A stretch of DNA of 64,000 nt, taken from positions 29,450,001-29,514,000 of the forward strand of contig NC_134474.1 of assembly GCF_964194025.1 (NCBI RefSeq), given 5' to 3'. The DNA is from Convolutriloba macropyga (Eukaryota). The notes beneath the pieces were generated by a model. The model made no database searches and was not told the DNA's origin. It saw only the letters and a list, made by a program, of their open reading frames with translations. This document shows, piece by piece, positions 1 to 14,889 of the stretch. Positions within the stretch are counted from its first letter, which is position 1. Every line of letters starts with the position of its first letter. The translations under genes and the position numbers were made by a program.

Positions 1-619
1 AGTGTAGAAAATGCAATCAATATGCTACAACATGTATAAGTGGGGGTGGAAATGAATCTGGGGTGCAATAATAGAAAAGAGCCGCGATGTCGACCTGCAA
101 TATACTTCCATGCATTATTTGAAAATGTTTTTGAGAATTTTTTCTTGCACATTTTTCTTGTGAATATCTGACATTATTTCACTTATCATTTAATATTTAT
201 CATTGTTAACGCATCAAATGATCGCAATTTTTGCCCTCACGCTTGCACTCCCAACTATGTAGCAAAATTTGATCAACGGTTACCTCAAAAAAGAAACGGA
301 TGAAATTGTTTTTTAATTAATATGCTTTTTCTATACTGATAATTTGTCATTTTCAGAATCTTTTCCGCTAGCGCCCCCCCCCCCAGTAAATTAGGCACCC
401 CCATTTGAATATGTTTTGACATGATGTATGCATTTGAGTTATTACATGTGAATACGCGTGAATGGGCATTTAAAAAATATTAACAGAGCGGTGGTGTGAA
501 ATTAATACGTGCATAATAATAACAACGAACTGCATATAATGTAAACACCCAACAAAAACTTTTTCTTATTGCATTTTTTGGAATTACGTACTTTATGGAA
601 TTATTTCAAATAGATAAAC

Positions 620-1275
620 CCCGGGCCGAGGTCTTTGGGTAACATTTTGTTAGAAATGCGACGAATGCTGTGAATTTTTGTATGAAATGCGGTGATTGCG
701 CTGAATGCGGTGAAAAAAAATAATTCACCGCATTTCACCGCATTTCTTACAATAATTCACTGCAAAATTCACCGCATTTCTTACAAAAATTCACCGCATC
801 GACTTTTGTGGCAAATTAATGTAAGAAATGCGGTGAAAGCGGTGAATGCGGTGAAAAAAAATAATTCACCACATTTCACCGCATTTCTTACAATAATTCA
901 CTGCAAAATTCACCGCATTTCTTACAAAAATTCACCGCATCGACTTTTGTGGCAAATTAATGTAAGAAATGCGGTGAAAGTGGTGAATACGATGAAAAAA
1001 AAATAATTCCTACAAAAAAAATTCATTTCATACAAAAATTCACCGCGAATTTCACCGCATTTGCTTTTCAAAGTTTACTCAATTTGATCTGAATTCACAA
1101 GAAATATCGAAACAAAACGTGAGAGCTGGCGGAGTGGAATAAGTAGTTGAAGGCGTGCACAAGATGCGGATGATTCACCGCGATTCACCGCAAAAAGATG
1201 TAAGAAATACGCGGTGAAAATTATTTTTTTCCACCGCATTTCTTACGAAAATTCACCGCCAAACCTCGACCCGGG
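620..1275. mobile_element. Non-autonomous DNA transposon (MITE) with CCC...GGG termini and 2-bp TSD, CACTA/EnSpm(CMC)-like
   Basis: Left end CCCGGGCCGAGGTCTTTGG versus reverse complement of right end CCCGGGTCGAGGTTTGG; AC flanks both ends. About 20 TTCACCGC/GCGGTGAA motifs occur inside in both orientations. Confidence 0.75.
702..1005. repeat. 141-bp tandem repeat (~2.1 copies) inside the MITE
   Basis: TGAATGCGG at 702 and 843. This explains the 47-aa repeat in the spurious ORF 692..1006. Confidence 0.9.
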
Positions 1276-2899
1276 ACCGCTTGTTGTCCGTCCGTGTACA
1301 ACACAGCCGTTTTTATTTACTTGTCAAAAAGCTGAACACAAAAGAAAGACTTACTTGATCGAAGAATTGGTTTTGAATATGGCGGCGTCGGCGGATATGT
1401 GGCTTGCAGAGCTCCATTAACAGCTTAGAATAATGACCAATTAACACAATAAAAAACTGAAATTCTGAAGTTTTACACTCCAAGTCTACCTATCTATCAG
1501 ATGAAGTGAACAGCGTTTATCACTGTTTATTATATTCTAATAAGAGTGAAGGTGCATCACAAGACAATAAAATAAGCGAGGCAAAACGCTAAAAGTTATC
1601 TACATTATACTGGAAAAGTTTGAGTACTAACTTAGCAATTAAAAGAACTGAATAAGTTCCAAGTAATGTGACATTACTGTTTATTAGTTTCAGTCTACGG
1701 AGAACAGTCATTTTTTTTAATTTTTAGGAAAACTTGTTACCAGAGAGAGCACAGATGCAAAACTTAATTGCATTTTTGCAAGACTGTCCAGCCAAGACAA
1801 GCCGCCGTTGATGACGCAGTTTGTCTGTGTTCTCTATTTTTCAGTCAACAAGTCTGTTAGATCGTCTCCATATTTTTGGCGAAAGTACAAACTACGCGCG
1901 CATTTCTGATTATATAGTGGTTACGATGCCAGAGTTTAATTGAATTTATGGACTGTCGCAATGTAAGAGCTAAAAAATTACAGCTTATTTGCCTGTTCAC
2001 AATCTTACATGGCATATAATCAGATTTTAATTTAATTCGAGTGTCATTTTTCAATTTTTCATTTTTTTCACAAGTTCTGGTTGGTTTGGTCACTCAGAAA
2101 ACCAAAAAAAAGGAATTATTTAAAATCTCCACCATTGTCCCTTTGTTTTTTATTTGCTGTAGTCAGTATTAAAAGTGAGCAATAATCAGTTTGCTGAGCT
2201 TGATCATACGAAAATATCTGTATTTATTATGAGAAGAGTGTAAAATTTGGAAAACTTTTTGGAAAATTTACGTAAGAGAAAACAAAGCGACGATTAAAAT
2301 AGTTGTGCTGCTCACAATTTAATGTCAGTTGAACCTTAATGGAAGACTTATCCCATGTTTGCTATTATCCCATAACAATGTCTACTTTATGCGACCAAAG
2401 TAAAACGACTGTCGACATCTACTTAAGTAGATATCTAACTACTACAATCATATGTTTTCCCGCTAGACTATTAATTTCAAAAATTAGTTAAATGCAACTA
2501 AATGCAACTAACAGATCATACAGACTGAAAACAATGAGACGCATCGGAAACAATGATGAAATTAGAAAAGCGCTCACAATCTCGACAAAATAGGAAAACC
2601 AAATAATTAAAATTGAAGAAAAAAAGATAACCAAATGGGATAACAGATCGTAGAGAAGTGTATTGACAGTAAAGATTATTCAGAGAATTCTCAAAATACC
2701 TACTGTTCTCAGAGTATCAATAAACAATTAATCTTTGCTAAACACAATTTTTTTGCTAAATGAACATGAGTCGGAAATTTCACGACCTGACCTGTTTTAC
2801 CTATTATGAAAAATTGATATATCATCGAAGGCATCACCATTTTCCATATTAATCATTGTGGCTTATCCATTTAAAAAACCGCTTTAAGCTGAAACTACT

Positions 2900-4520
2900 A
2901 TACAAATTATTAAAAATGCCTTATGAAAAGGCTCATGATAGCAGCCATTAAGAAGAGTAAGAAAGCAGACCAACAATAAAGTCGAATAAAAACAACAACC
3001 AATAACTAGGACCAGAACTTTTATAAAAAAAAAAGTTAAAAACAAAGTCAAAACTGCATCAGATAAAATTTAAACCCAAGAAATTGATTTGAGTTTCACT
3101 AGAAAAAATTAGCATGTTTTTCTTTGGCGTTCGTTTGCATGTACAATTGATCCTTTTACAATTGTGCTTGACGTTGATATTACTCTGGTCTGTAGTTGAC
3201 ATAAAAAACAAAGTCTAAGGTCATAAAAGTGAAATCGTCGAATTAAAATTCGATAAACTTTTTGATTGAGGAAATGCAAAATTACACCGAAGCTGGTCTT
3301 GTTATTTCTGCTGGTCTTTCATCAAAACAAAAAATTGTTTTAAATGGTATCAGAATAGTAAATTTGACAAAACATTATTTGCCAAAAAAACAAAATCAAA
3401 TCAAAAATACTTGATAAATTGTGGTACTTATACAGTTATGTTAGAGAAATTTTTTTGTTACCAAATGAAAGCAGGTGATAGTTTCTGTAAGAACTTCATA
3501 TACAGTTAATTGGGGCTTTCATTATTCAGACGTAGTCATTAGACTACAAAAAGACATGAAAAGCTTGCAAAACTCAGGAAATTATTAATAATTCACGGAA
3601 ACTCTCTGTGTTAGCGAAAAAAAGCCATGAGTTTCACTCATACAACTTAATATCTATCCAATGGGCCTCATTGAACTAAAATCAGACCTCTCATTGATAA
3701 AACCTCTGAACTAAACCTGATTTGTCCGCATTTGTAATAAAAAAGGAATTGGTAATATAAAATTGCATCGCTTTTCATGGCGAAAGTCAAAAATGAGACC
3801 AAAACTGGCCGTTATGTCGCTGCCCGAGTATTGAAACAATCATTTCTTTAATATTATTGCTTTATAGACTTTTTGGCAAAAAAAACTCACTTCATCAAAA
3901 ATAAATGAAGCAATTTTGATAAATGGCAATTTAAATGAGCGAAAAGCGATGAAAAGGTTGGTTAGAGAAAAGTTCTCTATAGAACCGGAGAAAAAATCGC
4001 CTTTTAAGAGTTGTCCGAGGGTGCGCCTAAATTTTTTTTACTTCTATACCATCGGTCAATTTGTACAATTTCCGTTAAATAAGTATTTTAGTACCATTTT
4101 TCATGATAAAATGGAAAACTGAATTTTAAAAAAAATTAACAAAAATTATAGCATATACTGATGCTTTAAAAAATTCAGCAACTTCCTTTTATTATTAAAG
4201 GTAAGACCAATAAGGCTATTGTTAAAATTTTTATCGTTTTTTAGCAAAATTCTTCAAATTTCAGCAAAATTAACGAAAAAAGTGAAAAGAACAACAGATT
4301 TGAGACTAAAGTTTACAAAACATTAAGCCAAGTATCTCCCCGGAAAACTCAAAATTAAAAAAAAAGTTTTCAATTTTGAAATTTTGCAATTGACAGCCAA
4401 TTTAATGATACCACTCATAACACTATTCAATGAATATATTAAGCGTCGAAAATTGGCTGAACAAAGAAAACCCCGTACAGCGTATAGTTCCTCCCCCCAC
4501 TTTAGCAGGCCCCTACACCT
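2900..4520 (-). mobile_element. Old, diverged copy (D) of the Helentron-type non-autonomous family
   Basis: 4330-4510 resembles 20950-21130 and 30530-30710; 2990-3110 resembles 17920-18060. Boundaries are approximate. Confidence 0.45.
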
Positions 4521-4829
4521 AAACACATTCTATTTTAAAACATAATAAAGAAGATGAAAAATAGAACATTTGGTTATTTTTTCTGAGTTTACATATCTGG
4601 AATCCCAAAAAAAACTATGGAACCAACTGGTTTGACAAATGTATTTCAGAAAATTTGTTTTTGCAACAAGTCAATTAAATTTATAACCAAATGCTTAGAA
4701 ATACTTGGAACAAACAATAATTAAAATCACTTAAGCATAATTTTGAAGATCAATCAATTTTGTTAAGGAATCACACTATAAAATATTCTGATAGTTTTCT
4801 TCACAAAAATAAAAATAACTTTAAAATGC

Positions 4830-5830
4830 TCCTACGTTGCTAATCAAAAAATTATTTCATGTTGTGATAGCAAGAACTCATTGAACGTTTTTCTAAAAAC
4901 TTCTGTTTTCATTGTGGTAACTCATTCTCTTTTTGTGCGCATTGACGAACAATCAAATTCACTCCAAATCTAGTTTTGACATTCTGTATAATTTTGAACA
5001 GTTTTGTTCGAGTGTTCTGATGAAGACTCAGATACCCGTAAAAACTTTTATATTTTTCTGGTCTGGAAATGTTTGACTGCTTTAGCAGATCTCTCGCTTT
5101 GTCATACTTTTTGCGTAGATAGCACACATTTATACCCCAATTAATCTGTCGATTAAGGCGTTTCAGGAATTTTGCAGATAAAATTTGAAAAACATTGCCA
5201 AAAACTATAAGTTTAAAAACGCAGGTGATTTCAAAAGAAGAATGCGCGCGTTCAGGGGAATTTATCATGTCTTATTAGGTAGATTGATTTTATAGCATGA
5301 GCCATCTCTCTTAAGGTTTTATTCGGCTGCTATTCGAAATTAAGGTTCCCGTGACGTTCAATACCATGGCATCTGCAACCATTTTTTTGTGTTGTGAGAA
5401 CTTATATTTTGTAAAACCTAGATCCGAAATCAGAATTATTGCGCGAAAAAAATTTTAATTTGGTTTTATTTGTATTGAAAGATCTACATTTTTTTCCTTC
5501 ATCTTTTCTTCCTTCATCTACATTTTTTCCTTCATCTCTGCATTTTTTTCTGTTTTCTGCAAAATTTCCTTGATTTTTCTGTTTAAGCTACTTTCATTTC
5601 GACAACAGAAACAGAAAATTCTTTGTCATCTGCGAATGAATTACTTTCTTCGCTGTGTTTAAATTAGATGAAAATTTGTTCACGTAAAAAAATATGTGGT
5701 CCTAAAATATTTCCCTGTGGCACACCGTGATTTACAATCTCACAATCAGAAAACATACCACTAAGTTTTACTTTGTGCTTGAGGTTGGAGAGAAATGAAA
5801 ACAGCAATTCTTCCGCTTCCTGGGTAAAGC
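4830..5830 (-). mobile_element. Degenerate CR1/L2-group LINE ORF2 fragment (RT core and C-terminus)
   Basis: Minus strand translates as VNHGVPQGNILGP (~5695-5735), FADD (~5625-5640) and LNRQINWGINVCY. The last matches the copy at 27.1-27.7 kb. Confidence 0.8.
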
Positions 5831-8800
5831 TATGCATTTCAATTTTTTTTTTAAAAAATCCACCTTCAGAGCAATCTGAAAAACCAAGTAATTTTTGGAA
5901 AGAAGCGATGTCGACAAATAAAATTGATAAATTTAGAGGTTTACAAAGAAAATTGATGCATTAATTAACAATTCTTCCAACGCTTGGCCCTAATTTGCCA
6001 TTCACTACTTCTAAAAAAAATAGTTTAAAAAAGGAAAATACACTATAGCAAAAGTAAAGTACAGAGACTTTTCCTATTTGAAAGTTTTGTACAATTTTTG
6101 GGCACGCATCTACTGCCAAGGCAGCAAAACTTTTCTTAAAATATCTTATTGTGTAAAACCAATGTTAAAAAAGACTAATAATCTGTTAGAAATAATTGGA
6201 TTCTGGCTGAACACTATGTTATCTTACTGATCATAATCTACTTCTTAATATGCTTTAACTACGAACTCATTAAAGACAAGTTTGCTGGAAAATTTTATAT
6301 CACAATAATTTAGTTTAAAAAATGACAAATTCAATCTTTAATCGGCAAATACCTAGCGCTATTTTTTTATATATCTTATTAGATAGCAAATATTCATCTG
6401 ATTGCATACTAATGTAGATTGAGATCATTTCATTGAAGGAAATCATCTCTTTTTAAAAAGTTTTCCGTTCTTAAAAATGCAATGTTTGATCGGTAAATAA
6501 CTTTTTAAAATCATATCATTTAATTAAAACGAATTTACGTAAATAATTATGTGTAAAGGAATAAAAGAAAGTGAAATCGAATGGCGCAAACAATTGTAGA
6601 ATTGCTTGCTTATTCCAAAACTCATATCGAAACAAAAATTTTGCTTTCAAACATTGTTATTCATGTCTCATATCAAGCATATAACCATAGTATACGTCAC
6701 CTGAGAAAAAAATCTGAACAGGATAAAAACAGGTCAGTTACAACCAAAAAGAGGAAACTCAACTATAAACCAAAGAAAAATTTTGCAACAATTTTTGACC
6801 AATGCTCGGTAAGGGTGGTCAAACTGGACTAGAGGTCTTAATTCAACATACTTAATTTCTGTGGGACATAAACTTAACTAGCCGCTATTTGTCCGGGGTA
6901 TAAGTAAACCAAAAAAAAAGTAACTTCATCCCATTCGGGACTACCTTAGATTCAAATGTATTTAACACAAATGAAATTAAAATAGGGTCAGTGGTCACAA
7001 AATTGATTTCTTTTTATGAGAAATAAGTAGAAATTACAATTATCGCCAATTGGGGAAAATTTGATTTTCCCTTAATAAAAAAGTGGGAAAAGAGTCGCGC
7101 TAAAATCGATTATTTTGATAACTTTGTTCACGCGTGCATTATCTTTATAAGTATCAGCTGTAAGTATTCTTTGATGACGAAAAATATTAAAGAAATTTCC
7201 AAAAATGAGTCGCTATTGCTCTTTCCATTCCGAATGAAAATGGATTAAAAGTGCGAGTGAAAACATTTTAAGACAATTGATAATGATGGAAAATCGATGA
7301 AAAGTCTGGAGATAAAGTGAATAATCGGTTAAGCGTGAAGGAGAGTGTTCTGAGCACGCGTCTCGGGATAAAAGCGTGAATTACTTCTCTTCTGGGAGTT
7401 GATCTCAAAATTGGCGGCTGATCTACACAGCCGAAAACTCCATAAGCCGAAGAATGGTGTAATAAAAAGGAGCATTACCTGTTGAAAATAAATCATGTGA
7501 AAAACTAAATGTAAAAAAATTAGTTTTTTTTAACTTTCTTGGTTTACATAAACTAGAAAAACGTGTTTATTTTAAACCAACTCCTATTATTATCCAGTAT
7601 AAAGTAGTTAACAAGGGGGATGTGGCGGGGTAGGATTGAAGTAGGCCTGCGCTCAAATTAGATTTTCGACATTTTGGCTTAAAAAACAACTTTTGCATTT
7701 TTCGGCTAATTGAAAATTTTTTGTCCAAATTTCTGCTTGGTTAGTCAATTCACCAGATTTGTTCAATAAACGATAGCATCTATTTTTGGTTAAATAATTG
7801 TATAACTGTCACACTTTCTAATCAATCAGGAGGATCTGATCAACAGGCATAAAACCCACCTGGTTTTTTCCCAAAATTTTCGGCTGCTTTCGCATTTGGC
7901 TTAAATAGCGATGCAATATAAATTCCTAGATATTTGAATAATCCAGCTTTCAAAGCAGTAGGAGGCAATTTTTGTGGGTCACTAATGGATGCAACACCTC
8001 AAAACATTGGGCGAAGGTCAGATTGAAAAGAAGGGGGGTTTTAATTGACCTGTCAACATAACAGCGACATTCAATTTGAAGGGCGAAAAAAGTAGACGTG
8101 TTTGATTAAATCAAAACTGACACCTTGTTGCCTTGAGTTTACTTCGAAGAACTTTGCAAGATGAGATTTGATTTCATTGAAAAATTTGCTCTAATTTTAA
8201 CGGGAGAGTAGATCGAAAAACTGAAGTAAATTCAACAGTTTAAGGTCTGAGAACTTATAGATATTTAACCATCTGGCTATAATCGTGTCAATCTATATGT
8301 TTGTATTCCAAAAGAGAAACTTCTATATCTAAACTTCGATGGTGATCATTCTGGCTAACTATATGTTCTTATCTATACAAGCAAGAATTTATGTAAAGTT
8401 CTTTATCTTGGTTACCTGAATGTCGGTGATTGACCTGTAAGCATCACGGATGCAAAACCTCAAAATCTATTCACACCTGTTATGCCATATTGCTCATGTT
8501 CGCCATGTTTGCTCACGTTGGGCGAGCAAGCACACTGCCAACTCTTTCCTTTTCCGCTCCTATAGTAATTCTCACTTTCTGTTCAACGCTGAGCATATTC
8601 ACATAACACAAAACTGCAAATTGAATAAATTGAAAACCGAGAGAGTTAGAAAACGGATGCGAAATAATAACAAAGTTAAAATAACAGCTATGTTTAAAAA
8701 AGTTGAGACAACTTATCAAAAAAGCAGCACTGCTTGTGAAAGCCGCAATCACAGCAAGAAAGTGGAGACGTTAAGTTTCCAGAATCGAAGTAGGAGAAAA

Positions 8801-8904
8801 ATTCCAAGATTCGGACACGGAATGAAACTCAATCACAAAACTAATCTGAAACTATAATTTTTTGTAGTTTCCACAATTAGAATCGCTGTATGCAAAATCG
8901 AAGA

Positions 8905-9198
8905 TTCCGCTCATTTACGGCCCAAATGCATAAGAAATTAAAGAAATGAGTGGATTTAGCGGAATTATTACCAACTGAGCGGAACGAGTGGAACTTTTAG
9001 GAAATGAGTGGAAAGAGCGGATCGCTGCGAAAATTTACTCAAGACTGACTCATTTTTTCGGATTGAGTGGATTGAGCAAAAGGGGACATAAATTGATAAA
9101 TTCAGCTCATTTTTCTTGCCATTCTGGCCACTGCGCTTAATTTTGACGTTAATTTCGACTCTTTCCGCTCTCTTTTTTTAAAAAAATTTTAACCTGGG
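8905..9198. mobile_element. Partial CCC-ended MITE (right end only)
   Basis: Cluster of GAGCGG/GAGTGG/CCGCTC motifs ending in AACCTGGG, like the CCCAGG TIR at 48253. No left TIR found. Confidence 0.35.
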
Positions 9199-10403
9199 AT
9201 TTTAAAAAGCTGCAAACGTGATCAATCAGCTGTGACTCAAATGTGTATAAGATAAATCTGCTAACGAACTGAACAATCTAAGTGATAATATATAAAATTA
9301 AAAGTTCTAAAACATAATGATTAGTTTAAATGTTCACTGTTTTGATAAACTGTTGAACTGTCACAGTCGTCGATTTTAATCAATCAAAATCTCAATGATT
9401 AATTGTAAATAGTAGTAATAAAAACTGCAAAACGTAATAAAAAACAAAAGTATGAACAAAGCAGTTCCATCATTACAGTTATAAATGTTCCACGAACACC
9501 TAAATACAAATACTATATTTGGTAATACAACCAGACCAGTCTGGGTTCTTTTGAATTTAAATTTATGCTTATTTGTTCAATCTAGGGTGATAACAAAGAT
9601 GGAATATTAAACGCTGTTTGAATACTAATAAATTGCTAATAAAAAGAACCGTTTTTGTTAAATTTGCAAGAGTTCTTTTGTTGGAAATAATACTATCTTT
9701 GTAATATTTCAGTTAACCAATGATGCAGTGCAGCTTTTGGTGAAAAAAAAACGTATCTAGATGTTGTAAACCACAAACCAGGCACCAAATATTGCTCAAC
9801 CTATTACTCTCAGAAAGAGGAACAGCAACTTAGTTCTACTATTTAAAAGAAATGTGAGAATCTTGCTAAAAGACCAGCCTTTTCTGTAGAGTTCAAATCA
9901 GATCTTTTTTTCACACAGAATTTTGATAGTTGTAACATGATAAAGCTCGTAAAAATCAGAAGTTACCGGCAAAACCTATTTCAATGACGCAACATCCAAT
10001 TTTCACCGTCTAATTTTCAACATCTAATTTTTTGAGGTAAAAATTATCTGACGGAACATTAAATTCTCAATTTTGGAGAAAATTTTTTGGAGATACAATA
10101 ATATTTATAGCACATTGCTGTCAAGTTTTTGGGGAAATACCTGATTACGAAATTTATTTATCACTAATAAACTACTTGACTACCTATTTTCAATTCGGAT
10201 AGTAGTAACGATCACTATGGATAGTAGTTACAAAACATTATAAAAATTGAGAAAATCTTGTAACTAACTTGTGCCAAACAATTTAGCTAGACTCCTCCTA
10301 AAGAAAATCCCCATTAGCACAAACAACTGATTCGACGCAATTTGCTACTAACAAATTTGGCTCACGCAAATAATGCACTTATATAACTCTTATATTGTTA
10401 TCA

Positions 10404-13400
10404 TTATTCCGACCCACCTTGGTGGGGGAGGACCTACTCAAACGGGTTTTTTCAGTCAATTTTGGCCGATAGATATATTCATCGTAGAGAGTTGTGATTG
10501 TTATTACTAAAAAGCCCGTCGAGTTTAGTTTAGAGAACAAAAAAAGATTTTTTCCATTTCAATTTTTTCCACGGAGTTATCGAGCTTTAAATTTTGTGAA
10601 CATTTGACTAATTTGTTGCTTTTGCACACATTTTCCGCTTTTTGTCAATTTTGAATAAAAAATATTAAAATTATTACCAAATTGTTAGTGGTTTCAATTT
10701 TAAACAGGGAAAAAAGTTGCGGAACAATTAGATGCAAAATTGTTGCTAATAATTTGGCTAATTATTTCAAAACAACTTTTCCATCAAAAATGCTGTTCTA
10801 TTGCAAATTTTGTTTGAATTAGCCGGTTGTGCAGTCCTAAAAACTGCTGACACAACTATCAAAAAGATTCAGTTTTGTTTTTGCTTGCTATGAGAGTGTT
10901 CTAGAGTTAATAATTTGCCATTATTTCATTTGAACTAGATAATTGTCAAATATTCATCAAAGATTTTTGTTATATTGAATTCATTTTCCTCAAATTATGT
11001 ATTTCACTAAAAATTGGAAGAAATACCTATTTTCGAAAAACAAAAGCAATAAAAAGGCAATAATTGGTCCTAATATCCTGATTCAATATGGCTATTTACC
11101 AGAAAACTATGACACCGGAATGATTTAATTTTATTGCTCAATTACCAATAGATCTTTTCGACCCAAAAATGAGGCCCAATGAATATATATCGAATTTTCG
11201 TTTTGTTGATTTGTTGTAAATTTTCAGTCTTAAGACTTTGTATTAACAATGAAATTTCCAATGAGCGTCTTGCGGGGATAAAAATTAAAACTTTAAGTTC
11301 AATTTTTTGCAAAACAAATAAAGGATTTTTGAGATTTTGCAACATTTTACTCAAATTTCTGTGAAAGTTCAGCTCAGATCCACCAGCAAGATTGCATCAT
11401 TTTATAAGGAATTAAAATTTAGCCTTGAATGCGTTTTACTTTTTCGGAAAACGTCTTTTGGCTTTGAGACTAAAAAGTTTCATTACTTTTTTTGTACGTT
11501 TTGGCATATTTCCACTTTTTGTACATTAAAGTCAATGGTTTTGTCACATTTTTTTTTACTTTAGTGACAGAGAACATATCACAACAACAGCTTTGAAGAA
11601 ATCGCATTTGACCATACCTAGTGTTTTTAGTGAATGTAAAGTTCGACACCGTTTTCTCTCAAAATTTAATTGAATTTTTTTTTAATTTTGCCTATATTTG
11701 TCATTTTTTTTGTAGAGTTGTGTGATATATTCTGTATAATGACGTCTCTCAAATTGCATCTGGAGGTAAAAATAAACCAATTTATTAGTTTAATTCCATA
11801 GCTAATGGATTTCATGGCCTTGAATTTACATGTTTTAAAAAAAGATCACTTTTTTCTGGTTTCTTATTGGTCCTTCTTATTTTTTCAACCAATAGCTTAG
11901 AGGAATTGGTGGTGGTTGGCATCTTTTGTTATAAACTGAATTTCAAAAATTTTTGTGTAGCGTCTTCATTCTCAAAACAATGGTTTTTTGGGATGGTTAT
12001 TTGAGGAACAACTAAAACGGGTTTTTCTGTTCTGTCAATTGTGGCCGATAGATATATTCATTGTGCAGCGTTGCAATTGGCATCATTAAAAACAATAAAA
12101 AACCCGTCAAGAATAGTTTAGAGAATTGAACACTTCTGATGTCGATTTTTCCACGTAGTTATCGAGCTTTAATTTTTGCAAACATTTGACAGATTTGCAG
12201 TTTTTGCACAAATTTTACGCTTTTCCTGGCAATTCTTTTTATCAATTTGGACTTAAAAAGGTTAAAATTTTTAACGAAAGTGGCGATGGTTTCAATTTTA
12301 AAGCGGAAAAAATTTGTAGGGAAATTAGATCCAAAACTGTTGCTAAAAATTTGGCTAATTTCAAAACAAGTTTTTGATCAACATTGCTCTTCTATGGCAG
12401 ATTTCGTTAAAATTAACCCGAACTGCAGTTCTGAACAGTGCTGACATTACCACTTCAACCCCGCCCCCCCCCCCCCAATGGGCTCAGTCTACTTTTGCTT
12501 GCAAGGAGAGTGTTCTCGAGTTAACCAATTGCCTGTTTTCTTTTTTTTCAATTAAAATCGATAATTGTCAAAAAAAAATAAAAAAATTTTGATATATTGA
12601 AATCATTTTCCTCAAACAATTTTATTTACTAAAATCTGGAACAACCATTTGTTTTCAAGGGACAACAGCAATCGTAAAACAAATTTGGTCCTTTTTTGGT
12701 CAGGTCAATTTGGTTAATTACGGGAATCACATGACATCGGAATCATTTCATTTTTTTGATCAATTAGCAACAGATCTTTTGGACACAAAAATGAGGGCCA
12801 AGGAATATATATCAACCATTGTTTTTTATGGTTTGTTGTTATTTGTTAGTCTTGAGACTTTGTCTCATCAATAGCATGTCCAATACGCGTCATAGGGAGT
12901 TAAATTTAATATAGTGTGTTTTCTTAATTGAATGTATTGTTTTTTACAAGTTTTAGCTTAGTTCCACCAGCGAAGTCACATGATTTTCTAGTGAAATACA
13001 ATTTGGCGTTAACTGCGCTTTACATGTTCGGAAAAGGTCATTGGGTTTTAAGACTAAGACTTTTGTTAATTTTTAAAACTTTTCGCATATGTTTATTTTT
13101 TCATTTAACTCAATGATCTTGTGAAATTTCCCTAGTGATAGAGAACATATCACAGCAACAGCTTTGGAAAAAAAACGCATTCGAACATATCTATTTTTTT
13201 AGTGAATGTTGTATTCGACACCGTTTTCTCTCAAATTTTAATTGAGAGAAACCTCATATGTTCTTTTTTTATACATTTGACTCAATGTTCTTGTCGCATT
13301 TCTATTTTAATGACAAAGCAGATATCACAACAATAGTTTTGGAAAAAAACATCTCTGAAAAAATCTAGTGTTTTTAGTGAATGTTATGTTCAAAACAATT

Positions 13401-14618
13401 TTTTCTCAAAATTTAACTGATTTTTTTTAGTTTTGCCTATATTTGTCCTTCTGTTTGTATTCGTGTGATTTCTTCAGTATAATGACATCTCTCAAGCTTC
13501 ATTTGGAGATTAAAAAATATAGCCAATTTAGGGTTTGATTTCATAGCTAATGGAGTTCAAGGCTTTGAAATTATATGTTTTACAAAAGAGCAGTTTTTGA
13601 ACTTTCCGCTTTCTTATTGGTACTTCTTTTTCTTTTAACTAATAGCTTAGATTCATCGGTGGTAGGTTGCATCTTTTGTTGTTGAATTGAATTTCAAAGT
13701 TTTTTGATTGAGCGGTTTCATGCGTAAAACAATGGTTCATTGGCTTCGATTCTACGAGCTTTCATAAAATTTTTGTGATTCAGGTTTTTTGCCACTGTTT
13801 GAGTTTAATTTTAGGTGTCTTATCACATTAGAAAACTAAATGCTAGTACCACTGGCGTTTCATGCAGAACCGATTGTATTTATGTAACTTCAGTTGAAGT
13901 AATACCTTCGAGTTTTAATGGCTTGCACACTGATTTCAAATTTCTATTGATTTTTTTGTTGTTTTCAGTTATTATTGTTTTTTCATTAGTCTTTAGTCGT
14001 TAGTTCATAGTTCATTAATCTCAATAGTCATTAGACATAGTCTGGATAAATATAAGTCCAGTGGCCTCTTCTGGACTTTTATCAGGACCTATTTAATAAT
14101 TGCAGTTGATTGCTAATGGTTTCCAGGACTTTAATTTTTTTGTTTTTTCAAAATACAAATGAACGTATTTTTTTTAAATTTTTCCTTTCTTGTTCTTTTT
14201 TTTGTCTAGTTGCCACGTAATCTCATTAAAGGCAGGTCTCAAATATTGTTTTGAGCATATTAAGTTGATTTTTTAATTTAGTTTTTATGCGATGCTATTT
14301 TGACATTGTGAAGTGTTGTTTTTTAAAGTATACATTGAGTTTCTGTCGTAATTAATGCTTTTTATTATTCAATTTTTTGTTTGTGTTGTCTTGTAGTCTT
14401 GTTAATTGCATAATTCATCGGCACTCTGAAACGGCATTGTTTAATTCATTTAATGATTTGAGTTTAAAGCACTTTTTTATTCATACGCCCTTTATTTTAG
14501 AGATAAATGTAAATTTTTGAAAATTCTCTCATCCTGCTCTGACAGACAAATAAATAAAAAAGTGGATGAGCGGGGTCGGAAAATTATGTGCAAACACACA
14601 TTACCGAGCCTCCGTGTT
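10404..14618 (+). mobile_element. Helentron/Helitron2-type non-autonomous element (HINE/DINE-1-like), copy A, with two ~1.6-kb internal tandem units
   Basis: 5' TTATTCCGACCC is followed by hairpin CCCACC-tt-GGTGGG. The subterminal inverted copy GGGTCGGAA (14573-14581) is followed by a small palindrome and a ...CCGTGTT end. No TSD. Internal units start at ~10440 and ~12015. Confidence 0.7.
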
Positions 14619-14889
14619 ACTATTATTATCACAATTATTATTTTTTTTCTATTATAAAATCAGGTCCAAATTGCCTTACGGATTTGGGTAATTATAAGGA
14701 CGGTTTGCCAAATTAGAGATGCATTTGGGTATGCATAACAGATAAAATGTGCATAATGTCAAGGATTATTGCCAAAAGCAAGGGCAGCAACAATCTTATG
14801 ATTATGTTGATGGATCGTTGATTAATTTTGAGGCTAGTGTCATTTGCCATTAAATGATATTTTCCGAATGAAACTGCCTTTCGATAGTG

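Noticed and set aside
692-1006. 104-aa repeat protein
   Set aside because: GTG start; it is simply the translation of a 141-bp repeat inside a MITE.
1379-1970. Plus-strand gene start (ATGGCGGCG) with nearby acceptors
   Set aside because: All frames close within ~35 codons and no product is recognisable.
5015-5050. Hammerhead ribozyme core (CTGATGA)
   Set aside because: No stem II plus GAAA arrangement; it lies antisense within a LINE fragment.
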